Shown here: positions 7,982 to 17,065 of the stretch, one piece after another | Numbering within the stretch: the stretch's first letter is position 1 | Layout: each line of letters begins with the position of its first letter | DNA from: a virus | Taxonomy: Duplodnaviria > Caudoviricetes | IMG/VR virus record: IMGVR_UViG_3300012948_000009 | Location: 1-37,621 of that record | DNA: 37,621 nt | Reading direction: 5' to 3' (one strand) | The notes under the pieces: model-generated | Databases searched by the model: none | Seen by the model: the letters and a program-made list of their open reading frames with translations, nothing else | Told to the model about the DNA's origin: nothing | Made by a program: the position numbers and the translations under genes

Positions 7982-8392
7982 ATGGGCGCGAGTAACTGCC
8001 GGCGGTTGAAATTTGCCAAACCCGCGCCCCGCGCGCAGACCCGGACGGATCTGCGGCGGGCGGCGGAGAAACTTGAGCGCGCGATCTACGCGCTGGTGTC
8101 CCTGCGGGACCATTACCGTTGCCGGTGTTGTGGGCGTGGGGGCGATCCGCGGGCGGTGACGCTCTTGGGCAAGCTCCATCACGACCATCTCGTGCCGCGG
8201 TCGCGGGGCGGCCAGACGGTACCGGAGAACGTGATTCTCTTGTGCAGCCAGTGCCATTCGCTCAAGACCGCGCATGAGCTGGAGCCGCATGGCAATCCGG
8301 AGCGTGGAACCCTCACGTTTACCATCACTTCCGCGGCAGCGGCGACAGTATTCGGCAAAAAACGGCCCTCCAATCACGTTCGAATCGGCTGA
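7982..8392 (+). CDS. HNH endonuclease
   Basis: RDHYRCRCCG...HDHLVPRSRGG...ENVILLCSQCH. Confidence 0.88.
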   Translation: MGASNCRRLKFAKPAPRAQTRTDLRRAAEKLERAIYALVSLRDHYRCRCCGRGGDPRAVTLLGKLHHDHLVPRSRGGQTVPENVILLCSQCHSLKTAHELEPHGNPERGTLTFTITSAAAATVFGKKRPSNHVRIG

Positions 8393-8420
8393 CAATCGCC
8401 GATTTATCGGAGGCGAATGC

Positions 8421-9263
8421 GTGCGGCAAACGGGGTTGATGTGGTGGATCGATCGCTGGCGCAAATCGACCGCGTATACGGATATGACACTCGAAGAACA
8501 AGGCGCCTACCGTAACCTCTTGGACGAGGCGGCGTTACGCGGCGGCAGTTTGCCGGACGACGAAAAGATCCTGGCGAAGAGCTGCGGCGACGTGACCGCC
8601 TGGCCGCGCGTCAAAACGCACGTCTTGTTACACTTCGTTTTGAGTAAGAACCGCTGGCGGAACCGCACGTTGACTGGCGTGTTACGCGAGTCTCGACGGC
8701 GCGCCATCAAGCAAAAAGCCTATCGGGACCGCAGGTTAGGCCTTGGTAACGGCGCTGGTAACGTCCGTGGTAACGGGACTGGTAACGACCCCCATAACAA
8801 ACGTGGTTATCCGGATCCGGATCCGGAAGTACGTACAACTAGTACCAGCTCGGGTATTAGTGACGGGGTACGCGCGCGTGCGCGTGCGCGCGAGGCGGTC
8901 CAGGGATCCGGGGCCGGCGTCGGCAGTTATCCGCGCGACCACCTGCGCTGTATCCCGCCGTGTGGCCGCGTGTGCCTCCCGGATTCGCTCTTTACGGAAT
9001 TTGTCCAGCTCTCCGGCCGCGGCCCGGAGCTCGGCCCGACCTACGTCCACGCCTGGCACGTCCGCATCCTGACCGCGTGGGGCGAGCACGGCTCGTCGGG
9101 GCATCTCCCGATCGGGGATGACAAATACACCTTCTGGCGCGCCCGGTGGCGCGAAGAGCACGGCACGACGAAACCGGACCTGTGGGCGCCCACGGTCGAC
9201 ACGCGCTCGCTCGAAGAACAGGCGGAGGCCGTGCGGGCGCTGCTCGCCCGGGACAGCTCATGA
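8421..9263 (+). CDS. Replication initiator, YdaU/DUF1376-like
   Basis: MTLEEQGAYRNLLD...GSLPDDEKILAK N-terminal domain, PDPDP linker, internal iterons, GGAGG RBS. Confidence 0.8.
   Translation: MRQTGLMWWIDRWRKSTAYTDMTLEEQGAYRNLLDEAALRGGSLPDDEKILAKSCGDVTAWPRVKTHVLLHFVLSKNRWRNRTLTGVLRESRRRAIKQKAYRDRRLGLGNGAGNVRGNGTGNDPHNKRGYPDPDPEVRTTSTSSGISDGVRARARAREAVQGSGAGVGSYPRDHLRCIPPCGRVCLPDSLFTEFVQLSGRGPELGPTYVHAWHVRILTAWGEHGSSGHLPIGDDKYTFWRARWREEHGTTKPDLWAPTVDTRSLEEQAEAVRALLARDSS
8744..8811 (+). repeat. Iterons, putative replication origin
   Basis: TGGTAACG x4 at a 12-bp period (8744, 8756, 8768, 8780) plus degenerate copies, inside the initiator gene as in lambda O. Confidence 0.75.
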
Positions 9264-10009
9264 CTGACTTGGAGATGCCGGCGTTCGTCGCGGTCTTTCA
9301 GCAACTCCGCCAGGTCTTCGGCCTGCGGGGATCGCCGGATGACGTCGCGCAGCTCGAGGCGGTCTACTTCCGGCTATTGCGGCGCTATCCCCTGCCGCTC
9401 GTCGAAAGTGCGGCTGCGCTGTGGTTACACACGGGTGCCCGCTTTCCCAAGCCGGCCGACTGGATCGGCGCGTTGCCTAAAGCCACTACACCGCAGGCGT
9501 CGGGTCTGCTGCCGGTGCCAGAGGACGAAGCCGCCGAGCTCCGCGATGCGATCGCGTGGCAGTTCGAGGCGGCGCCGTGCTCGTGCCATCTGTGTGTGCG
9601 CGCGGGCGTCTCGCATCGCTTTCTCCGCCATGTGCCACTCGAGGACGACGACGGTCGGGTCGTCCAGGCCCTGCTCGACGGGCGACGGGTGACACGTGGC
9701 CGCTGGCTCCACGGCGACGAGCTCGCCGAGTGGTATCGGGCGCGCGACGCCTTCCAGGCGACGATGCAGAATTTTCCGAAAGCCTTTCCGACAGGAGGCC
9801 GCATGGCGACACGACGAAAGATTGCGAAGCCGGCGGAGCCCGTCCAGGCGGAGCCGGCGCAGCATGTGCTCCCGCCGGCGCTGCCGGTGGTGACGGTCGC
9901 AGAGGACGATTACACGGCGTTGTTGCAGGCGTTGACCGACGACGATCCGGGGAGCGATCAGGAAGCCGCGGAGACGCTCGAAGCGCTCGGCGTGCGCGGG
10001 GATCGCTGA
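9260..10009 (+). CDS. Replication-associated protein (helicase loader-like N-terminus)
   Basis: Coupled to the initiator; YFRLLRRYPLPLVESAA...RFPKPADW resembles loader/G39P-type domains; CxCxxC. Confidence 0.55.
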   Translation: MTDLEMPAFVAVFQQLRQVFGLRGSPDDVAQLEAVYFRLLRRYPLPLVESAAALWLHTGARFPKPADWIGALPKATTPQASGLLPVPEDEAAELRDAIAWQFEAAPCSCHLCVRAGVSHRFLRHVPLEDDDGRVVQALLDGRRVTRGRWLHGDELAEWYRARDAFQATMQNFPKAFPTGGRMATRRKIAKPAEPVQAEPAQHVLPPALPVVTVAEDDYTALLQALTDDDPGSDQEAAETLEALGVRGDR

Positions 10010-10019
10010 TGCGGCGTGT

Positions 10020-10343
10020 TTATGCGGCGCGGCGTTTGGCGCGACGTTTCGCGGCGGCCGTCACGTCCGCACTGAGGCGTGATTGCCAGCCACGGCCCGT
10101 CGCCCGATACACGGCGAGGGCTTCACGCTCGAGCCGCAGCGTGACGCGGGTTTTGGTCGGCCGTTTCTGGGCGCCGCGAAACCGGCGGCGCATCGACTCC
10201 TTGATCGCGGCCATCAAGTCGCCCTTGCCCTCGGCATCGTTCTCCACCTTCACGGCGTACTTGAAGTCCTCGGCGGTCCATTCGGGGTTCTCGTCAATCT
10301 CTGCGAGGGTGCGTTCACGACGGCGGCGGATAGACACGGGCAT
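10020..10343 (-). CDS. brnA: BrnA-family antitoxin
   Basis: ENPEWTAEDF and RGAQKRPTKTRVTLRLEREALAVYRATGRGWQSRL. Confidence 0.88.
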   Translation of the reverse strand: MPVSIRRRRERTLAEIDENPEWTAEDFKYAVKVENDAEGKGDLMAAIKESMRRRFRGAQKRPTKTRVTLRLEREALAVYRATGRGWQSRLSADVTAAAKRRAKRRAA

Positions 10344-10422
10344 GCTCCTTAAAGCGCCCGAGGCCGATCCCGTGTTTCGCGCGATTCTTCGCATCCTTGT
10401 CGGGGTCGAATGTCGCGGGCAC
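10315..10422 (-). pseudogene. brnT: BrnT toxin remnant (35 aa)
   Basis: GTG-start MPATFDPDKDAKNRAKHGIGLGRFKEHARVYPPPS*; matches the BrnT N-terminal (W/F)DxxKxxxNxxKHG motif, with the core missing. Confidence 0.78.
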
Positions 10423-10428
10423 TGGTGT

Positions 10429-10458
10429 AATTGTCGCGACAATTTGCGCGCATGTCAA
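10429..10458 (-). promoter_or_regulatory. brnTA promoter and operator
   Basis: TTGACA-17 nt-GACAAT, with perfect palindrome AATTGTCGCGACAATT (10429-10444) over the -10. Confidence 0.8.
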
Positions 10459-10475
10459 GGGGAGCACGCCCGATA

Positions 10476-10676
10476 ATGCCCGCGCTCGAACTCGCCCGTG
10501 CGATTGCCGATGCCGTCCTCGCCTGCCGCGATGTGCCGCGCCACGCGAGCAGCCTGTATGACCTCCCGACGCAAGCCGTGTTACAGGTGCTCGAGGAGCG
10601 GCAACTCTGGTTCCAGACGTACGACGTCACCGACGACGGCATCTGGATCGGCGGGACGGAACGGCGCATTCTGTGA
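10476..10676 (+). CDS. Hypothetical protein
   Basis: GGGGAG RBS; codon usage. Confidence 0.55.
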   Translation: MPALELARAIADAVLACRDVPRHASSLYDLPTQAVLQVLEERQLWFQTYDVTDDGIWIGGTERRIL

Positions 10677-10694
10677 CAGGCGGCCAATTTAGAA

Positions 10695-11048
10695 ATGGGG
10701 AATAGCGGGAGTTTCCGACGCGGGCATCCGGCCCACGCCAATGCGGGACGGCCGAAAGGTCACGCCAATAAGGCCACGAAAAACGCTCGCGAAGCGATCG
10801 CGCGGTTTCTCGAGCGCAATACGAGCCGCTTGGAAGGTTGGCTCGATGAGATTGCGGCGAAGGATGGGCCGCGCGCGGCGTTTGCCTGCGTGGTCGATCT
10901 GCTCGAGTTCCACGTGCCAAAGCTCGCGCGCACGGAGTTGACGGGGCATGACGGCGTGCCGCTCGCGGCGCGGATCATTCACGAGCATGTGACGGCCCCG
11001 GCTGCATTGCCGGCGGCCAAAGACGAGGATGGCGACACGGACGCCTGA
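10695..11048 (+). CDS. Terminase small subunit (putative)
   Basis: GSF..G...AGRPKG..NK and PKLARTELTG motifs; directly upstream of TerL. Confidence 0.7.
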   Translation: MGNSGSFRRGHPAHANAGRPKGHANKATKNAREAIARFLERNTSRLEGWLDEIAAKDGPRAAFACVVDLLEFHVPKLARTELTGHDGVPLAARIIHEHVTAPAALPAAKDEDGDTDA

Positions 11049-12456
11049 GCGCGAGGTGCGGATTCGCTGGCGCGGGATTCAGTCGGCGATCCTGCTCGAC
11101 CCGACACGCGAGCTCGATGTGGAAGGCGCCCTGCGCGCGAGTAAGACCACGGTCTGCCTCTGGAAAGAACTGAACGCCGCGCTCGAGCAGCCCGGCATCC
11201 ACAGCCTGATCGCGCGGTGGACGGATGACGCGACCGAAAAGATTCTCAAGCCGATCTGGCGCAGTATCTGCCAGCAGGCCGGCGTACGCCTCACGTGGAA
11301 CAGCAGCGAAGGGTACGACGAACTGAGTAACAAATCGCGCGTGTATGTGCTCGGGCTCAAGACGCAGGATCAAACCAACCGCTACGCCAAGTTCCGCGGG
11401 CTGACGCTCGCGCGCGTGTATGTCGACCAGGCCGAAGAACTCCCGCAGGATATCTACCTTGAACTCGCGGCCCGCTTGTCGCAATCCGGCTACGCGCATC
11501 AGATCGTGATTTCGCCCAACTCGGTCAACGAAGATCACTGGATCGCGAGCGAGTTTCCCGCGGACAATCGCAATCCGCATCGCAAGTATTACAGCCTGTC
11601 GGTGTACGACAATCGGCAGAACTTGCCGGCCTCGGTGATCCCGAACCTTGAGCGCTTGTACCCCTGCGATCATCCGAAACACCGGACGATGGTCCTGGGG
11701 AAGCGCGGCATGAACGTCATTGGCGAACCGGTCTACAAGGGCGCGTTCGTGCGGGCGGTCCACGAAGGCTCGGCGGAGTACGATCCGCGGCTCGAGCTGC
11801 AGATGGCGCTCGACTTCGGCAAGCATCATCCCTACGCCCTCTTCCGCCAGGTGTCGCCGCTCGGGCAGCTCCGCTATCTCGGCGGGATCTTCGGGCAGGA
11901 TCTCTACCTCGATGCGTTCCTCGACCTGGTGCTCGAGTATCGGGCGCGGTGGTTCCCGCGGCCGGTGGCAATCCGGGAGTGTTGCGATCCCGCGGGCACG
12001 GCGGATACCTCGCACGGGACCGAAGGCGCGAGCAAGATTCTCTCCGCGAAGGGCATCCATCCGGTGACGCAGGCGAATGCCAACAGTCCGGCGATTCGGC
12101 TGGCGGCGATCGAGCGCATCGCGGGCCATCTGCGTGGACGGACCGCCGATCGGGCGGAGAAGGTCTGCATCTCGGATTCCGATCGCTGGATCCGGGTGTC
12201 GGCGCATGAAGTCGTGATCGATCGCGTGTTCGCCGATGGCTGTGAAGCGGGCTACGTCTGGAGTCCGCATTACATCTCGGTCGGGAGCAAGCAAGTGCGG
12301 GTGCCGAAAAAGGACGGCTGGTACGAACATTGCCAGAACACAAATGAATATTTTGAGATCTGCTTTGGGGCGCAGCCGGTGACGGATCCGACGGTGGAGC
12401 TCGAGGCGTATCGGTTGCCGCCGCTCGCGGTGCGCGACGGCTTCATGGGCATGTAA
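11029..12456 (+). CDS. terL: Terminase large subunit
   Basis: Walker A-like EGALRASKTT, Walker B-like VYVDQAEE, motif III SPN, nuclease ALDFG and CCDPAG. Confidence 0.9.
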   Translation: MATRTPEREVRIRWRGIQSAILLDPTRELDVEGALRASKTTVCLWKELNAALEQPGIHSLIARWTDDATEKILKPIWRSICQQAGVRLTWNSSEGYDELSNKSRVYVLGLKTQDQTNRYAKFRGLTLARVYVDQAEELPQDIYLELAARLSQSGYAHQIVISPNSVNEDHWIASEFPADNRNPHRKYYSLSVYDNRQNLPASVIPNLERLYPCDHPKHRTMVLGKRGMNVIGEPVYKGAFVRAVHEGSAEYDPRLELQMALDFGKHHPYALFRQVSPLGQLRYLGGIFGQDLYLDAFLDLVLEYRARWFPRPVAIRECCDPAGTADTSHGTEGASKILSAKGIHPVTQANANSPAIRLAAIERIAGHLRGRTADRAEKVCISDSDRWIRVSAHEVVIDRVFADGCEAGYVWSPHYISVGSKQVRVPKKDGWYEHCQNTNEYFEICFGAQPVTDPTVELEAYRLPPLAVRDGFMGM

Positions 12457-12511
12457 CGCCCTCGATTTTTGGACTTTCGCAGCGGGCTTTGCTACATCTG
12501 AGCCGCACACG

Positions 12512-12799
12512 ATGACGATTGCCGACACGCAAGGCGACGTGGAGTTTACCGGCGACGACATCGGCGCCTTCTGCGATCTGCTCGCTTCGCTCCCCGACCC
12601 CCAACGCTTCTCGATCGACCGGCTGCGCACCGCCACGCGCATTACGCGGCATCAATCGCTCGCCGAGAGCGAATGGCGGGTAACGATGGGCGACCGGGCC
12701 CGCGTCGTGGTCCCCATTGCGGGGTTGGATGCAGCGCCGGCGCCGGCGGGCACCTGGACGCAGAGCGGCTGGACACAACCGGGGTGGATGCAACCATGA
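12512..12799 (+). CDS. Hypothetical protein
   Basis: ORF with genome-typical codon usage, coupled to the next gene. Confidence 0.6.
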   Translation: MTIADTQGDVEFTGDDIGAFCDLLASLPDPQRFSIDRLRTATRITRHQSLAESEWRVTMGDRARVVVPIAGLDAAPAPAGTWTQSGWTQPGWMQP

Positions 12800-13329
12800 G
12801 CGATCCCGCGATCATCAAACCGGCCTGGCAATCTGGCGATCCCGATACCGGCGACCCGACGAAGCTCGGGCCGACGGCCTGGAATGCGGCGCGCGTGGTG
12901 GACGGCGGGGTCTTGGGCGATGTGCTGACGCGCGATCCGAGTTCCCCGACAGGCGCGGTCTGGCAGACCCCGCCGGCCGCCGGGGCGCGCAGTAGCATCC
13001 TGATGGCGTTCAACTTCAACACGACGACCACGCCGCCGCCCTCGGGGACGCAGGTGCGGTTCAACGGGGCCACGCCGGACACCACGACAGCCATCTACAC
13101 GACGACGACGACGAACGATAGCCTGGATGTCTACTGGGTGTTGGTACGGGTGGTGGCGGGGATGACGTATCTGCTGCAGGACAAAAACGACCATACGATC
13201 TACGCGGAATTTCGGGTGACGGGACCGGCGGTCGATCAGGCGGGGTATATCGAGTTGCCGGTATCGTGGCTGGCGATGGGCGGGGTGTTTCTGAACAATC
13301 AAGCGGTCTTGTGTCTCGTGCAGGGATGA
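12796..13329 (+). CDS. Fibre/decoration-like structural protein
   Basis: N-terminal IKPAWQS..PDTGD..KLGP..WN and GDVL...W fibre-shaft-like motifs; Thr-rich beta C-terminal domain. Confidence 0.55.
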   Translation: MSDPAIIKPAWQSGDPDTGDPTKLGPTAWNAARVVDGGVLGDVLTRDPSSPTGAVWQTPPAAGARSSILMAFNFNTTTTPPPSGTQVRFNGATPDTTTAIYTTTTTNDSLDVYWVLVRVVAGMTYLLQDKNDHTIYAEFRVTGPAVDQAGYIELPVSWLAMGGVFLNNQAVLCLVQG

Positions 13330-13634
13330 GTGCGAGCACGGCTCGAGCCGAACGGCGGGAACTCCAGCGGACGCTCGGCCCGCAGATCACGTCCATGCTG
13401 CGTGAGACGCAACAGGCGGTACAGGAACTCCAGGCGCGGGTGACGCTGGTGACGCAGCAAGCCGCGGGGGATTCGACGGATTTGCACCGGCAGTTGGAAA
13501 CGGCAGTCCGGCGGCTGGATGCGCTCGAGGTCGCGATCGCGCAGGTGCATGAGGATCTGGGGGCGCTCGAGGCGTGGACGCCGTTCATTGCGACGTTTCG
13601 GGGGCGGCTGCGGTGGCTGCTCACGGGGAGGTAA
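13326..13634 (+). CDS. Coiled-coil protein
   Basis: Heptad pattern; C-terminal [13 protein letters not shown]. Confidence 0.65.
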   Translation: MSASTARAERRELQRTLGPQITSMLRETQQAVQELQARVTLVTQQAAGDSTDLHRQLETAVRRLDALEVAIAQVHEDLGALEAWTPFIATFRGRLRWLLTGR

Positions 13635-13635
13635 C

Positions 13636-13776
13636 ATGCCGTTGAAGAAGGGATCGAGTAAGTCTGTTATTGCGAGTAACATCCGGCGCGAGATCGCCGC
13701 AGGCCGGCCCCAAAAGCAAGCGGTCGCGATCGCCCTCTCGACGGCGCGCAAGTCGGGCGGCAAGCGGAGTAAGTAA
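13636..13776 (+). CDS. Small basic conserved phage protein
   Basis: [39 protein letters not shown]; GGGGAGG RBS. Confidence 0.8.
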   Translation: MPLKKGSSKSVIASNIRREIAAGRPQKQAVAIALSTARKSGGKRSK

Positions 13777-13778
13777 AC

Positions 13779-16076
13779 ATGGCGGTGACGGTGACGGTTG
13801 CGACACGGGAGCAGACCCGTACGCTCCGCCGCGGCGGCGACGTGCACCAGCTCGCGCTTGATCGCTTCAGACTTGCCTCCGACGCGTACTCCAATCAAGC
13901 CAAGCGTGAACTCGACGACCTGAAGTTTGCCGCGCGGATCGGCCAGTGGCGCCCCGACGAACTCGAAGCGCGCCAAGCCTTGCGGGCGGGCGGCGTGACG
14001 CTCGGGGCGCGGCCAACGCTGACGGTCGATAAGTTGCGCCAACCGATCCAGCAGCTCGAAAACCAACAGCGGCAAGCCAACTTGGCGGTCGATGTCCATC
14101 CCGCGGGCGCCCGCGCCAACCTCCAGACCGCGCAGGTGCTCCAGGGCATCTACCGCCATATCCAGGTGGAGAGTCGCGCCGATCAGATCGCGCGGTTCTG
14201 GGCGTACTCGCGGGCCTTGAAGTGCGGGCGGGGCTGTTACCGGGTCGAGAAGGTCTATGCGCATCGGACGCCCGATCCGACTGACCCGGCGCGGTTCGAT
14301 CAGGACATCCGGATCTCGCGGATCTTGAATCAGGCGGGCGTATTACTCGATCCCTACGCCCAAGAGCCCGACTGGTGCGACATGGAATGGGCGTTTGTCA
14401 AGGCGTGGGTGCCGCGCGATCGCTACGGCGTGGATCATCCGGACTCGGAGCTCGCGTCCGATGATGCGGATTTCTCGCTGATTGGGGCGCAGGCGCCTGG
14501 CTGGGTGCGCTTTGGCGACAACGGCCGCTGTGATGCGATCCTCGAGGTCGAGTACTGGCGGTGCGAGTACGGCGACCCGGAGACCCTGACGTCCGGCGAA
14601 GATGTCGAGGAGCCCGGCTATCAGACCCGCGACATCCGCGATCGGAAGGTCTACTGCTGCAAGCTGAACGCGAAAGAGATCTACGACGAAATCGAATGGG
14701 ATGGGATTTACATTCCGCTGATCCCGGTCGTGGCGAACGAAGAAAACCTGGACGGCGAGCGGATCTGGGAAGGCCTGGTGGCTCCCGCCAAGGATTCGCA
14801 GCGGGCCTACAACGCCTTGACCTCGGCGTTTATCGAAACGGTCGCGCTCGCGCCGAAATCGCCGTGGCTCGCCACGACCGAACAGATCGGCCCGTTCAAG
14901 ACCTGGTGGGACCAGAGTAACCTGCGCAACTTCCCGTATCTCCCCTACAAGGCGCAGAGTGAAGGCGGCAATCTCTTGCCGCCGCCGACACGGGTCTTCG
15001 GGGAGCCGCCGATCCAGGCGATTGCGATGGGCATCCGTGAGATGGATGCGAACCTGAATGCGACGACCGGGTTTTTCGATCCCTCGCGCGGCAATCTGTC
15101 ACGCGGCGAACGGTCGGGCGTGGCCCTCAAGGCGCTGCAGGCGCAGACGGAGACGGGCAATTCGGGCTATCTGGACAACCTCGCGCAGATCAGCATGACG
15201 TATGAAGCCAAAGTCGTGCTGGATCTCATTCCGAAAGTCTACGACCGGCCGGGGCGGCTCGTGCCGCTGCTCGGGCTCGACAATCAGCGGTCCTCGGTCG
15301 TCGTCAATGCGCCGTCGGTACCGGGACCAAACGGGCAACCGATTGCCCTGCCGCAAGGGCCGCAGGGGCCGCTGCTGCCGCCGGGCGCGGCGCTCGAGGA
15401 CGTGTCGCAGATCAATCTCGCGGAAGGGGTCTATACCTCGGCGGTCACGATTGGGAAAACGCAGGCGACCGCCGCGACGGAAGCCTCGGAAGCGATGGGC
15501 GCGCTGCTCCAGGCCGAACCGCAGTTACTCCAGCTCATTGGCGATTTGTATTTCAAGTACCAAGACTGGCCGGGCGCACAGGAGATCAGCGAACGGCTGA
15601 AAAAGATGCTGCCGCCGCCGTTGCAGGATCCCGCGCAACAACAGCAGAGCACGGCGATGCTCCAGCAGCAAAACGCGCAGTTACAACAGCAACTCCAGCA
15701 GCTCGGCCCGCTCGCGGATCAGAACCAGGCGAAACTCCAACAGGCGCAACTCGACGCGCAGGCGAAACTCCAGGCGGCGCAGCTCGACGCCCAAACCAAG
15801 CAGCAGATAGCCGCCGCGCAGGAAGAAACCAAGCGGCTGATTGCCCAACTCCAGCTCGAGATGACCCGGCTGAAGGCGATGGCGGATACGAATATCGCCG
15901 CGGGCAAGGCGCAAGCGGATCTGGCGCAAACGGTCTACAGCGAAGCGGCGGACACCCGGCGCCAAGCGCACCAGCACCTGCACGACGCCGCGCTCGGGGC
16001 GGCCGAAGGCGCCAGTAATTTGCATCGTGAGGCAATTCTTGCTACAACGGCTCCACCGCCTCAACCGGGCGAATAA
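13779..16076 (+). CDS. Portal protein, P22-like
   Basis: GQW...RPTLTVDKL, YIPLIPV, GLV..AKDSQRAYN, SGVALKA, and a Gln-rich C-terminal coiled-coil barrel. Confidence 0.92.
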   Translation: MAVTVTVATREQTRTLRRGGDVHQLALDRFRLASDAYSNQAKRELDDLKFAARIGQWRPDELEARQALRAGGVTLGARPTLTVDKLRQPIQQLENQQRQANLAVDVHPAGARANLQTAQVLQGIYRHIQVESRADQIARFWAYSRALKCGRGCYRVEKVYAHRTPDPTDPARFDQDIRISRILNQAGVLLDPYAQEPDWCDMEWAFVKAWVPRDRYGVDHPDSELASDDADFSLIGAQAPGWVRFGDNGRCDAILEVEYWRCEYGDPETLTSGEDVEEPGYQTRDIRDRKVYCCKLNAKEIYDEIEWDGIYIPLIPVVANEENLDGERIWEGLVAPAKDSQRAYNALTSAFIETVALAPKSPWLATTEQIGPFKTWWDQSNLRNFPYLPYKAQSEGGNLLPPPTRVFGEPPIQAIAMGIREMDANLNATTGFFDPSRGNLSRGERSGVALKALQAQTETGNSGYLDNLAQISMTYEAKVVLDLIPKVYDRPGRLVPLLGLDNQRSSVVVNAPSVPGPNGQPIALPQGPQGPLLPPGAALEDVSQINLAEGVYTSAVTIGKTQATAATEASEAMGALLQAEPQLLQLIGDLYFKYQDWPGAQEISERLKKMLPPPLQDPAQQQQSTAMLQQQNAQLQQQLQQLGPLADQNQAKLQQAQLDAQAKLQAAQLDAQTKQQIAAAQEETKRLIAQLQLEMTRLKAMADTNIAAGKAQADLAQTVYSEAADTRRQAHQHLHDAALGAAEGASNLHREAILATTAPPPQPGE

Positions 16077-16079
16077 GTC

Positions 16080-17045
16080 ATGGCAGTGAGCACGACAGTC
16101 GATGGGGTGACGGTCGAGAGCTCGAGCGGCACGGCCGACGATCTCGCCGCGTCGTTGTCGCTCCCGTCGGCGGCCACGCCGAAACCCCCGTCGTCGGTGC
16201 CGTCACCGCCGCCCCCGACGACGCCAGAGCAACCGGCCGCGCCGCCGACGCCTCCTCCCCCTGCGGACGACGACGACGCCGAACCCGATCCCGCGAGTGA
16301 AGCCGGCAAAACCCTGCGCCAGCGTCGGCGCGACCTCCAAACCCGGCTCGATCGCGCGAACTGGGAAAAACACGAAGAGCGCCGCCGCGCCGAACGGCTC
16401 GAGCAGGAATTAGCCGCGATCCGCCAGGCGCAAACCGCGTCGAAGACGCCGGCGCCCGACGGGCGGCCGAAACTCAAGGATTTTGTCGCGCAGATTGGCG
16501 CGACCTACGAGGATTACGAGAGCGCGGTCGAAGCCCATACCGACGCGCTTTCGGACTGGAAACTGTCGGCGCGGGAGAAGGCATCACTTGCCGCGCAACA
16601 GCAACGTGGCTTCGCCGATACCGTGCACACCTCCAATCTTCGCGGACGCGAGAGCCATGCTGATTTTGATGCCACCATGTCGAGATTTGTCGAACGCGGG
16701 CGCCAATTCACGCCGTTCATGGCGGATGCGATCCTGAGTGACCCGGAGAAGGGCCACGAGCTCGCGTACCTCCTGGCGACGGATGATGCGGCGTATGACG
16801 CCTTGGCGCAGGTGACAACCCTGCCGCAGGCGTCGCGGCTGTTGGGCAGTCTCTACGCCCGTGTGGATGGTGCACCCCCTGGCTCGCCAGCCCATGCGGC
16901 CCCTGTGTCCAAGGCGAAACCCCCGGTCAAGCCAGTCGTGGGCCAGCCTGCAGCGACCGGCGGCCCGCCTGGCGACGATGCCTCCGATGAAGAACATCGG
17001 CTGTATTACGACCAGCAGGCTCGATCCCGCCGGCGCCGCGCTTGA
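16080..17045 (+). CDS. Scaffolding protein
   Basis: Between portal and coat; Pro/acidic N-terminus, coiled coil, YEDYESAVEA, basic C-terminus. Confidence 0.8.
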   Translation: MAVSTTVDGVTVESSSGTADDLAASLSLPSAATPKPPSSVPSPPPPTTPEQPAAPPTPPPPADDDDAEPDPASEAGKTLRQRRRDLQTRLDRANWEKHEERRRAERLEQELAAIRQAQTASKTPAPDGRPKLKDFVAQIGATYEDYESAVEAHTDALSDWKLSAREKASLAAQQQRGFADTVHTSNLRGRESHADFDATMSRFVERGRQFTPFMADAILSDPEKGHELAYLLATDDAAYDALAQVTTLPQASRLLGSLYARVDGAPPGSPAHAAPVSKAKPPVKPVVGQPAATGGPPGDDASDEEHRLYYDQQARSRRRRA

Positions 17046-17065
17046 CCTGACGCGAGGTCGGCGGT

